DNA of 64,000 nucleotides from NCBI GenBank assembly GCA_043228905.1, contig JBHGNT010000016.1, positions 2,666,001 to 2,730,000 of the forward strand. The letters are read 5' to 3'. Origin of the DNA: Azolla caroliniana. Its lineage: Eukaryota > Plantae > Polypodiophyta. The notes beneath the pieces were generated by a model. That model saw only the letters and a list, made by a program, of their open reading frames with translations. It was not told where the DNA came from and did no database searches. The first letter of the stretch is position 1. Each line of letters begins with the position of its first letter. This document shows, one piece after another, positions 12,796 through 24,900 of this stretch. The position numbers and the translations under genes were made by a program.

Positions 12796-14490
12796 TTAAA
12801 GACGACGAGTGGAACGAGTCGGCGCTAATTGCGGACCGGGTTTGTCCGGATACTTTCGGTGGAAATCAGCAAGAAGATCTTGTGCATTGGCAACGTGCTC
12901 GACGGGTTCCCAAGTACGTTCGCTCGGACTATAAACGAGCCAATCGACCAAGTAATAAAGTTTGTTGCGAACAAGTTTGGAATCGAGGATGGCAGCAACT
13001 TCATACTCCGGGCCGGCGTCCAATTCCAGCGGGGGCGGCGGTGGTGTCACACGATCGGGAATGGTTTTTGCTTTATAAGGTTCAAGAAGAGAACAATGGA
13101 AAACCGGATGTATCTAAAGCCGCGGAGGGAGATCAAGGCGGAAGGTGACATCATTAATCTTCCCCGTAATACGGAAAGGACCGAGTCGTCGATAATCCAC
13201 TTGCTTGCAGTCAAAGGTACATTTTTCTAGCTTGGCATAAAAACCATTCTCGCGGAGTCGCTTTAGTACTAATAGTACATGAGAATCGTGCTCTTCCTGG
13301 GTCTTCGAATAAATCAACAGATCATCCAGATAAATGATCAAACAGATATCCAAGAGGTCTCTGAATATATCATTTGCCATGTGTTGGAAGACTGCGGGTG
13401 CATTGGTTAGGCCAAACTGCATAACAATATACTCGAAATACCCATACCGCGTGCGAAAGGCAGTCTTCCACTCATCTCCCAGTCGGATCCGCACGAGATT
13501 ATACGCTCCTCGTAGGTCGATTTTAGTAAAAAACTTGGCACCATTAACTCGTTCTAAAAGATTTGATATAAGAGGAAGTGCATACCTATTCCGGATGGTG
13601 ACTTTATTCAATCCGCGGTAATCAACGACAAGACGAAGTGAGCCATCTTTCTTCTTGACAAAGAAGATGGGTGCACTGGCCGGAGATTTCGAATGGCGGA
13701 TGAACCCGCTTGCCAAGTTCTCCTCTATGTAGGCTCGAAGGACTTCTAACTCGGTGGGTGACAAGTTGTAAATTGGTCCCCATGGTGGCTCGGTTCCTGG
13801 TTGTAAATCGATGGGATAGTCATAGGGACGGTGATGAGGAAGGGTACCGGCTTTTACCTTGTCAAATACATCGGCATAAGGATGATGTTTTGCTGGAAGT
13901 TGTACTGAGGAGTCCTTCTTAATAGTGCTGGAAGGATGTACTGATATTGCAAATAGGAACATTGCCTCCTTGGGTCCTTCTTCGCGTAGTTGATGGAGTG
14001 AAATGGTCGAAACTTGGTGAGTTGATTCTTGGGGTGGTCGATATCAGACTTCTCTTGTTCTCCAATCTATGGCTGGATTATGTAATTCAAACCAAGGTAA
14101 TCCTAGGACAATGGGATGCTCTAGACTACTAATTATATTAAATGATATTACACACACAAAACTACATAGGACAACTTGAATGGGTTCTGATTCTTCTACA
14201 ATATTCTCGGAAGCAATGGGACGACCATCAATGACTACTACAGATGCGGGACAAGGAAGTTTTCTTAAGGACATCTGAGAAGCTTGGGCAAAATTTCGAT
14301 CCATGAAACAGGAATTAGCTCCGGAATCTAAAAGTGCTAGGATGGGTACTGGGGGAGTACTTTTAGTACTAACAATGACTTGGGCTAGGAACACATTGCT
14401 AACTTGCTTGGAAGGAATGGAACCACTAATGGGCTGTACAGATCTAGGGCTGTTGTCCAACCAAACGGCTCCTATTTTGGCTGGACTCAA
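12796..14490 (-). pseudogene. Chromovirus protease, RT and integrase C-terminus with chromodomain; RNase H and integrase core missing
   Basis: RT end KCTFDCKQV is joined directly to the integrase tail DYRRLGPFRI. Confidence 0.88.
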
Positions 14491-14606
14491 TTGTTTAATT
14501 CTTCATCTAATTGACTAAGGATTTCAAATTTATTTGAGATACTTGGGCTATTAGTACTATGAATACTATCAAACACTCTATTAGTACTATTAATACTATC
14601 AGACAC

Positions 14607-15644
14607 TCATAAGGGAAGAATTGACTCGAGTTTAGTACAGGCTACAATTTGATTTACCTGTCTTCTTGGCCTATGGGGACAATTGATTGCGATATGCCCC
14701 GGTCCACCGCAATAAAGACATAATCGATTTGCACGTCGTCGTTGCTTTTCTTCTTTCGATAACGGGCCGCGTCGACGCATGGTATCGATCTCCATCGGTG
14801 TCGAAGTATTTGCTTGAGGAATGTCTCGTGCAAATGGTCTAGCCGCGACTGCGGCGTAAGTGGGCTCCGGCCTAGCGCGTGGTATCTGTAATTGACGTTC
14901 CGAACGCCGTTCGAAGAGGCGGTTGTCACATCGGACCGCTCGACTGATTGCCTCCGTAAGAGACTTTGGTTCTTCGGGGAAGGTTAGAAGTAGATCTTTG
15001 ACATCATTTCGCAGGCCATAGCGAAACTGCTCCATTAGTGCTTGATCATCCCAGGGTATGTCAGAAGCGAGTAGGCGGAAATCCGCCGCATAGGCAGAGG
15101 CTGGACGATCGCCTTGACGCAATCGCCGGATCTTGTTGATCGCCGTCCTGATGCTGTCGGTGTCTCCAAAGCAGGCTTGGAACTCACTAATAAAATCTTC
15201 AAAGTTATTAAGCAAGGGCGATTATTTTTCTAGAAGCGGAGCGAACCATGCTAAGGCTGAGCCGCTAAGCAACGTGCCTATTAAGCCGACTCGGGATGCA
15301 TCAGTGGGGTATCGGGAAGGATGCATTTGGAGGACTAATCGTACCTGATTAAGGAATCCCCTGAATTGCGATCGCGTTCCATCAAATTTCACAGGAAGTC
15401 CAATCTTCGGCTCTTTATGAAATCCTTGGGGACTTGATCCTTGTTGTTGCAATGCCGCTTCGAGTTGTTGCACCCGTAACGCTAACTCCCCATGTTGTTG
15501 CTGCGTTTGTTGCTTTTCTAGAGCGATTTGTTGCAGATCCCCTATCAGCCGTTGGTTTTCTTGTTCCAGGGCAACAAACTTTTCTTTTAGGCATTGTAAC
15601 TCGGAGAAAACGGATTGATATTCTTGGGTGCTAACAGTAGCCAT
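14607..15644 (-). pseudogene. Chromovirus gag (one disruption near 15220)
   Basis: Capsid domain and CCHC knuckle across ORFs 15222-15644 and 14607-15215. Confidence 0.85.
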
Positions 15645-17909
15645 AGTAGGGGGAAAAGGATAGGAGGATGAGGGAGAACGACAAGTAGGCTGGAGGAAAG
15701 AGGAAAAAATTGGTTCAAACTGTCAGGAATAGTACTAAAAAAGAGATGGAATTAGTACTAAGAAGAGTAGTACTATTAGTACTAAGAGGATGGGACTGCG
15801 TAAGATTCCCGAGAGAGAGAGAAATAGGATGATGACAACAGCTCTTATATTATATGAAAGATAAGTACAAATCGGCTAAGAGGCTTAAGACTGGTGTTGA
15901 ACCAATTTGGTTCAAAACAATGCCTTGTGCCTCCTTTTATAGTCTTTTTAGGAATAATCCTGAAGCTTCTAGAATGTTCCAGAGAGATCTGGAATATACA
16001 TCAATTTCCTATGATAAAACATAAATGAAAATAATTTCTTACAAAATACAATTCATAGTCTAATGGTAAGAGCTCGACTCATGTAGCATAAGGTCATGGG
16101 TTTGAGTCTTGCCATATCATGATAGATGCATCCTTTGAAAATTCATTTTTTCAATTTCTATATAGTTATTTATGAGAAAATAGACAAACAAAATACCAAA
16201 AAAATTCTAAAAACTATGAAAATTTGGAAAAAAATAAGAAAAAGTGGATTTTCCATTGAAAATCTATTTTTTCAATATTTATTTATTTTTTATAGAAAAA
16301 AATCAAAAAAATTCAAAAAAATTCAAAAAAATTCAAAAAAATTCAAAAAAAAGGAAAATTTGGAAAAAAATACGTAAAAGTGGACTTTCAACCAAAATCC
16401 GATGCAGTGCATCAGATTTCCGTTGAAAATCCATTTTTTCAATTTTTATTTATTTTTTTATGGGAAAAATAAAAACAAATTCAAAAACAATTCAAAAAAT
16501 AAGAGAAATTGGATTTTCAATTGAATCCGATGCAAAGAATTGGATTTCCATTGAAATCTAATTTTTCAATTTTTATTTATTTATTTACGAGTAAAATAAA
16601 AAATGTTTATTTATTTATTTATGGGAAAATGTTTTATTTTTTCAATTTGTATTTATTTATGTATTTTCGGGAAATCCATGCAATGTATCATATTTTAGTC
16701 TATGTAGCTAGAATTTAATGCAATGCATTAAAATGCAAGAGTATTTTTTTAATGGAATTTTTAAAAAAAATTCCAAGACTTACAGGAATCTGATGCATTA
16801 TATCCAATTCTAGATGTATAGAGTAAAATTCGACATGTTGCGTCAAATCTAGATGGAATGAATCGGATTTCTGTACGACATCAAAGGCTTACTATGAGAA
16901 TCTAAGAAAAATGGAAAACATCTTTAAGACATTTTTTAGATTCTAATGATTTTGGTAGAAAGCTTCTCTCACATAATCTAATCTTGTAAATGGAAAGTAC
17001 ATAATGAAATATCATAACCAAAAAGCGAGGAGGAAAGATGCATCAAGCACATCTACTCTTACATTGGATAATGTTTATATATTAGTGTATGACTTATCTT
17101 TGACCAAAACAAGTTATCTGTGACAGACCACAATGAAGATACTAAAAGAGGATATGGAATGTGGCTTCAGACACAACACAAAGACAAACAAGAAGCATGA
17201 CTCATAAACTCGATGAGGTTGGATTGCAATTGGATCAACACAATGCATTAGTTTCCATTGATGATGAGGATGAGACCTCATAAACTCGTACTAGTTCATC
17301 TAATGGGTATGAAGATGATGACATAAACTTGAAAAATGATTGTCCTGATACATTAACTATAAATATTGTATTGCACATCAAGATTTGGATTCAGAATTTC
17401 TATAAATATTGGGGTTAGTCATTTTGGACATTCATTTGTAAGTTTGGCATGTCCATTATTTAGGCATTTTTTTGAACACCTAAATTTCCGTACATGTTAA
17501 AAATCAATATATTTTTGGGTCATTTTTAAAATTCCTTTACGCATGCGGCACCCCTTTTTGTGAATCACCCTAATTTGTGTCATTTTTTGATGGACAGTTC
17601 TCAAAATGCGACATATTACCTGTTTCAAATGTCCCGGTATTAGTTACCTAGATAGAATCTAGTTAGAAGTGTTGACTATAACGACTTAAATAGGACCTTG
17701 TACTTAAGTAGGATATTCTAGATCCTCCACTCCCAAGGTCACTTAATATAGGACTTACACGGCTATACCTATATTCTCCTCACACATGTGCACCCTTGCA
17801 CATGAGATCTATATATACCTTATTGATGGTATTTTTGTATTTGATGATGATGATAATAATGCTAATTTAATATAGTTACTCATCCCCCATCTTGTGTTGT
17901 TCATAAGTG

Positions 17910-17945
<36 letters not shown>

Positions 17946-17988
17946 TCTCACACACATACACACATATCACTTAATCTTCCGTGTAACA

Positions 17989-18960
17989 TAATCACATAAT
18001 TAGGTACTAATTAACCCTTGCTTAATTACTTGCCTAATTCTTAACACAAGGTTTCCTATGAGATTATCGACAAGAATCGAATTAATAGAGACTTCAAACC
18101 GTTGGTTTGCTTCAATTCCCATAACATTTTGAGGCATTTCCACATCCGTTGTATGTTGAGTGGAAATAACCTTTCCTTTTAATTTTTCAGAAGAAGCCAA
18201 ATTAACAAATGCAGACAACTGTTGATTCTCAGCAATTTTCAAGGGTGGCTAGCCTACTACAGACATTGGAAAGGACTTAGGCAATTGAATGGGATGCAAG
18301 TCTGTCTTTTGTGAGGAAGAACTTGGATTGAATCTCTGTTGAGGAAGGTGGGATGATGAATGATCGAAAGCATTTAGCTTTTGTGAACGGTCCTGTTCTA
18401 CATGGAGAGGAGAATCCCTATTTTGTAAGGGAGGCAATTCCTTTAGATTATTAATAGACACATGGTGAGGCTTGTCATGAGATACATGTGAAGATGTCTT
18501 CCTACGTCGAGCCACCTCAGTCCAACCATCATATCTATCCTGATACGGAACTATAGTTGTGTTAGGGACATGCTTGTCAGTATCTTTAGTCAATTTTGGG
18601 CAATTTTTTGCCAAATGTCAAAATCCAAAACAACGAAAACATTGATTTGGCAAGCCACTATACAAAAGTTTCTTAGAATAAGATTCCTGCCTTGGGTCAA
18701 GTAAATTGGGCAACAAGATATTTGAGGGCAGAACTGCTGACTTAGAAATCAAAAGTTTTACAGGTGCAGCTCCCATTGACTTTTCTTCAATCTGATGAGG
18801 CTTATCGTAAGTTTCCAAAACCGTACCAATATTGCCAACAATTAGATACACCAAAAGGCACCCATTCTTTACGCAAAATGGGAAACACCGCCACACATGC
18901 ACGATATAAATCTAAATCATGAAGTACCTGATTTGCGGAGAAGTTGTGAAATTTGATCTA
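17989..18960 (-). mobile_element. Degenerate LINE ORF1 remnant
   Basis: YSGLPNQCFRCFGF*HLAKNCP zinc knuckle typical of plant L1 ORF1, broken by stops. Confidence 0.65.
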
Positions 18961-21829
18961 TTACCATTCTTAGCAGACAACTAGTTTGAGATTCCACTTA
19001 CTAGTCTCACAAATAATCTTGTTACCTTTAAGAACAAGATGACAACTTTCCTTAATGAGCTTGCACACAAGTGTTTGTAGACTAATTTTTAATAGTTTTT
19101 ATGGCCAAACTAGAGGTTAACAAAAACCCATTCCAAATATGATAAGGATGCAAAAGGATGTTGTGCTCAACCTAAAAAACAATCATGAAGTTGAAAGTAT
19201 CAATGAGCTTCCTTGAGCAATTGTGTAGATGAAAAAAACAATTGTAGTAGGTGTGGTGGGAGTTGAATATACAATAACAATCCAATGATGTATATCAAAG
19301 GTGTATGGTTGAGATTGACATCCAAACAACCAAGAGCTCTCTATGGGATGAAGTGGGCACAAATGACCTCTAATGTAAGAATTTAGATAGGTTGGTATGT
19401 GAAGTAAAGGTAGGAGGTGTTCAAATGTTGTGGCCCTCTATATCAAACACATTCTTAGCAAATAACCACCCTCATTGTGTATATGCATGATTCGTCTTTA
19501 CCAGTGATATGAAATTCCTAGTGTAAATTAGAATGTCGGTTGAGGGGAAGCGAACCAAGATAGCATGTGACAACAAAGAAGTGTCAATGGGACATCCATG
19601 TGGGAATGTATCCACGAGTCGAAGTGGACGAAACCGATGACGAGAGTCCAAACAACCAAAACCTTATTTTGTCATATAATCCTAGTGAATAATAACACTA
19701 CATAAGTATAATGTGAAAGCATTGCCTTTATCCATAATACAAAAGCATCCACTTGAATTTGCTCAACGATCTTACACTATTAAATTGTCAAAGATGAATC
19801 AACATAGGTACATTTGAACATTATTGAAAATATTAAGATCATACTTTGCAACTTGATTAATGACACAATGATTAGAAACATGCAACTTACCAACTTAAAA
19901 CGTGTGAAGCATAGCATCTAAATAATGCGACAATATCCATAATAGGTATGCAATAACTATGTGTAATGATGACAAGCAAAGGGGAATTGGGGATTTGTGA
20001 TGTATTCTAGAATCTACTTCAAACTGGATAATGCATGATATTTTGAGAATTGAAAGATGGAGGGTAGGCAACCTAATGAAATAGAAAATTCAATGCACAT
20101 TTTTACAATATTTAAAATTATGGCCGTTGATATGTGACAAGTTACAACTATATCATTAAAATTATTGAAAGATATTAACCGAAGGTTTTTAAAATGTGTA
20201 TACACAATGTGGTTTTTGTCGATGTTGAGAAATCTTGAAATGTGGGTTAACGGATAAAATGATTAACTAAATTAGTAAAGTGAAAACTAATATATTTATT
20301 ACAAGCAAACAAAGGTACCACAACCTTGAACCACCCAAACGGACAAGAATATCTCAGTGGTGGAGACCAAGTGAGTTAAATAAACATAATTATTGGCAAC
20401 TGTAAAGTTAGTGCACATCCTTTAAATTTGAAATTTCTAAATATTCCATTGAAATGTTGTTCTTGATTCCATTGCCTTTAGAGCATGTGACCAACATTTT
20501 GTTGTATGCATGGCAGATTGTCTAATGGCCAATGAAAGGGAAAATAACATGGCATTGTTGTGCACATTGATCCCACAATATTCTAGAATTAGTCACAAGG
20601 ATATAAAAAATGTTACATAAATAGAATTGATCACTCATTAAATGAAGGCAAATAATATTGATTCATGGATATGGGGATTGGATTTACCATTATCATGATT
20701 CATTTGACAAGCACAAAGCGCAACAATTCATTAAGCGGACCTATGGATCTAGGACAAGGCTTAGCTTCAATTATAGGCGTAGTAGTTTGCTCCATGACAT
20801 GACCGACCATGAGCAACTTGCCAAGTCTACGATGGCACCATGGAGGAATTGCTCAATGGTTCCCTTGACTAGCGTACTATTGCGAACAAACGATGTATCT
20901 GCTTGACGGTCTACGTGATTGGCGCAAAATGCTCACATTTGCTCAACCCTTCTTCACTCATAGATGAAAGACAAAGATGCTTGAGCATGTTGAAATTGTT
21001 CATACTTGGATGAAGAGGTCATGTAGTACCACCTCAACAACTTTGCAAGCTTGGGTCCATCCCTAGGACGCGAGTTCAACGTTTTGATGATGCAAACAAC
21101 TTGAGTTAAAGAAAACTCAATTGGTTCATCCCTAGGCAAGGGAGGGAGTACATCATTGAACCAATGGAAGATTGTGGTGACCTACTGTTAGTGTCTAGCA
21201 ATTACACAACACAACAAAATGCCTCCATCTGAAGGTAGTGGCTATCTTGAAGGTAGAGAACTTTGCAAAATTAGCTTGCAGTAGACATAGGTAGAGACCA
21301 TGATGAGAAAGTATTGCAAGATCCTATGACAATGGAATGTGGAACCTCAATCTTGATTCCTCCATATCTACACCTATTAATAGAGAAGGATGTTATCACA
21401 AAACAACATTACTTGGTGTGGACAAGATCAAACATTTTTCAATGACAACTATTCTACATCCACCTAATTTGCCGACCTTGAGAGGGAGTGTAAGGGCGCT
21501 ATTCAAAATGTGTGAATGATATACAAGCTTGGTATACATATAATGTAGACATATTTGGGGCTGAATTTCCATGTTGAGATGTCAAACTCAACCAAACACT
21601 CGTTTGGCTATGTGCTAAAAGTCCACCATTGAGTTAATGAATAAGAGATGCCTTTGCATTGAATGAAATGGATACTTACGTATGTACTTAGAAATATGTA
21701 TGTCATATATAAACTAGGCCCCACCATCTCATATCAAATGTCATTTCATAGTGAATTATATGCTTATTACCATAGACTCATGGTTATTGCAATCTTCTCC
21801 AATTTTGTTAATTTCATTGTTTGGTATAT

Positions 21830-21832
<3 letters not shown>

Positions 21833-21883
<51 letters not shown>
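21833..21883. repeat. (TC)n microsatellite at the LINE 3' end
   Basis: Direct reading. Confidence 0.95.
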
Positions 21884-21886
<3 letters not shown>

Positions 21887-21995
21887 CGTAAATAATGGCT
21901 TTCATTACGAAAGAAAAAACACCACCATGACTAACTTACAACAAACTATAGAACCCCTTCTATCTAGGGATCTAAAGAAAACTACGACACCAAAC

Positions 21996-24900
21996 TCAAT
22001 GCCACCCTACACACCAATTCAAATGGCGAATATGATGATATGTGACCTTGCAGAGTTCTCTCTCTTCTTGGTTGAGATTTTGTGACTTCTCTAGCACTGT
22101 CAATTGCCACAAAAGAAGTCCTTTTAACTTAAGAACATATTTTCTCACCCCAACTTGTGAATAAAAAATGAAGGCATTCCGCATATTCCAATTGAACCAT
22201 AGCCCCCAATACCTCAAGAACTCAAAAATAATTTGAAAATGAGGCATTGGTTTATTGTTCTCCATATGTGCAAAAACCCAACTGAAGGAAGATAGACTTA
22301 CTCCTGTTAGAGACATCCACACTAAACTGATACACCTCCAAACCATCCTTGCCATCGGGCATGAAATAAATCGATGCCTACTATGTTCCAATTCCACCGA
22401 ACAAAAGAAACACAATCCTTTAGTAATGTTTCTTCTTTTTAATGCATCCCCTAATGGTAAAGCTCCAACCATAACTCTCCAAATAAATACCTTGGCTTGT
22501 AGCATCAATCGAGAACACCAACCTGCCTTGATCACATGAAACCACCAAGTAATGGGCTTATGAAAACCCCATATCTTTATAACCCTTTCTTCCAACCACT
22601 TATGTTTGTCAATCAACTTGTGATAAGCAACATTCGTTGAGATAATAGTCAATCTCTTATTTCCAACAAACCTCCAATCAAGCTCTTGAGATCGCCCATC
22701 TAAATCAGGAATTGGCTCATGCGAAGATAGTATTTGTTGCAACTTATCCCAAATAAAGTTATAACCTTTTGGAATACGAAATATTGATCTTATTGTTCGA
22801 AAAGCCATTAATCTTCTTTGTGAAACCAACATAGCATCCTTAACTCTTACCAAACCCAATCTAGCCATCCGATTAAATTGAAGGTTAAGAATTTGTTTAC
22901 CTTCCCACCTCAACAACCTTGATGTTGCCAAAACCTCCATTTGTAATGAATTGGCACATCCCCTTTCTTGTGGGGGATGCCATTCCACAAAATCCAACAT
23001 ACTTTGCCAAGATGTCAACAAATGATTAACTATCATAGACCCTGTACATTTGACATCCTTGTCAGAATTAATTACATTCCACCAATTCGCTTCAACCTTC
23101 ATGTTTCCAAGCTTTATTCTGTTCTTCTCTATAAAGTATGCCACCATTTCTGTCCAAGGTTGTACACCTTCAAACATGAATCGAATGAAAGTAAATCGAC
23201 GAGCCACCATATGCTCATATAGATTCAATATTGATGCCCCACCAAGACGCTTCGGAGTACAAACATGATCCCATGCCAACCATGACAAGGCACTTTTCCC
23301 TTTTCTTTTCCATAACAACATTCGCATCGAGCGTGACAACATTTCAAGAGCTTTCTTTGACCATGGGAGCAAAGGAAGATAATAAGATACCATAGAGACC
23401 ATAATCAATTGGACCACCTTAAGTTGTACATGAAAAGGCCAAAATTGAGACCTCCAATACATAAACTTATCCTCCAACCTTTTGGATACCCACTCAATAA
23501 GTTTCACATGAGAAACTTCCACCCCAATTGGATATCCAAGATGACGACAAATCATACCACGATGTACTATCCTTCCTGACCACCCCAACCCTAACACATC
23601 TTGTTCTGTACATGAAATGAGGACAGATTTATGCATATTAATTCTCAACCCCGAAGCATTTGAAAACAATTCCCACACATCTCTTGTCTTACTAATATTT
23701 TCCCGATTAGGTGCCAAAAACATAATATGGTCATCTGCGAGAGCTTGAACAATACATGGCTTCCCTGATGGCAACCTTAGTCTAAGTAATTCTTCCCCCA
23801 TAGCCATATTGTGTAACTTAACAAGAATAGGATGTGTCACAATAGTGAATAGTAAAGGACTTACCGGGCATCCTTGTCTAACTGACCTCCGAATAGAAAT
23901 CGGTTGGGTTACTCCTCCATTAAACATCACAAGTGAAACCGAACCCTCCCCTAATGTGTATATCAACTTAGACATACGATCACCAAAACCCATATGAGAC
24001 ATCAATTGATTTATAAATGACCAATCCACATTATCATAGGCTTTCTCGATATCCAATTGTAGCAACACTAATTCTTGTTTAGACTCCTTGCATAGTCAAT
24101 TGCCATTTGAACATTTAAAATATTATGTAAAATGTCTCTTTTTGCTAAAAACCCATATTGAGCATTATGAATAATAGAAGGTAAAACCTTATGCAACCTA
24201 TTGGCCATCACTTTTGCAAAAATCTTGTACATTCCCCCCATCAATGAAATAGGCCTCCATTGAGCAAAGGAAGATGGAGAAGGCACCTTCGGCAAAAGCT
24301 TGATCAAACCAATCTTCCAAGAATGAGGCATTTCCCCTAATGTCCACACCTTCTAAAATAAAATCGTAAAAGGCCCCTTTAACTTAATCACATATTTCTT
24401 AAAGAGTTCATGTGTTAATCCATCCCACCCAGGACTCTTATCATTAGCAAGATGTGACATGACATGTTCCACCTCATCCTCTAAAATATTAGCATCTAAT
24501 GATTGTGCCACATCATGCGATACATGATTTTTCACTCCATTAAAAAATACATCTCTATCCTTTTTAACATTATCATCGATACACACTTGTACATCCAACA
24601 ATTGTGTATAATATTCTATGCATTTCTTCACAATTTCTTGAGGATCGGAACACATGATACCATTTTCCTCTAACCTTACCACATTATGTCGTGCATGTGA
24701 TTCATGAAGGTCATGGAAAAACTTATGTGATTGACAATTAACATCATCCACTTCTTGTCTTAGACGATGTAGTCTAGCATGTTGATAATTTTTTGCCGTT
24801 AGGTCATGCATCGCAGAAATTAATACCTCTTGATATCCCATCAACTCTACATCCATTGGCCAATAAGTTAACAATGAGTTGCATTTATCAAGCAAATTAA

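Larger units (their letters stand above)
12359..16124 (-). mobile_element. Ty3/Gypsy chromovirus (Tcn1-like), internally deleted, two LTRs, TSD GATGC
   Basis: LTRs 12359-12784 and 15721-16124; TSD GATGC at 12354-12358 and 16125-16129; PPT AGGGGGAGATAG; gag (PVKFDGTR, CLYCGGPGHIAINC), protease LLDSGA, RT YLDD, chromodomain EYEVAAILDS..YYLVDW..TWEP. Confidence 0.95.
11177..16872. repeat. Interspersed array of ~53-bp palindromes with T-rich/A-rich spacers (interrupted at 12359-16124)
   Basis: Consensus TGGATTTTCAACGGAAATCCGATGCA-S-TGCATCGGATTTCCGTTGAAAATCCA; best copies near 11769, 11823, 12012, 12174 and 16381; roughly 15 copies including degenerate ones. Confidence 0.9.
9998..17640. mobile_element. 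Unclassified TIR DNA transposon (~3.9 kb without the nested insert)
   Basis: ~36-bp TIRs: ACATCGGGTCATTTGAAACAGGTAATATGTTGCATT (left) and reverse complement of AATGCGACATATTACCTGTTTCAAATGTCCCGGTAT (right); TAGTTA on both flanks; interrupts an LTR. Confidence 0.8.
7038..17988 (+). mobile_element. Ty1/Copia element 2, internally deleted (no RT/RNase H); 3' LTR split by a DNA transposon
   Basis: gag (EKLDRNNYSSWEYKM, CNYCGKVGHYKAEC), protease (WFVDSGASHHMT), integrase (LWHKRIGH, DVWGP, TPQQNGVAER); PPT GGGCTTGAGGGGGCG; LTR TGTTGAGAG from 9937 to ~9999, resuming ~17641 and ending at inferred ...GTGTAACA 17988. Confidence 0.8.

Noticed and set aside
16126-16718. Lys/Phe-rich ORFs
   Set aside because: Translations of A/T-rich spacers in the palindrome array.
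11177-16872. CRISPR array (palindromic repeats with spacers)
   Set aside because: Eukaryotic TE context, no cas genes, degenerate repeats, and low-complexity spacers that resemble each other and vary in length.
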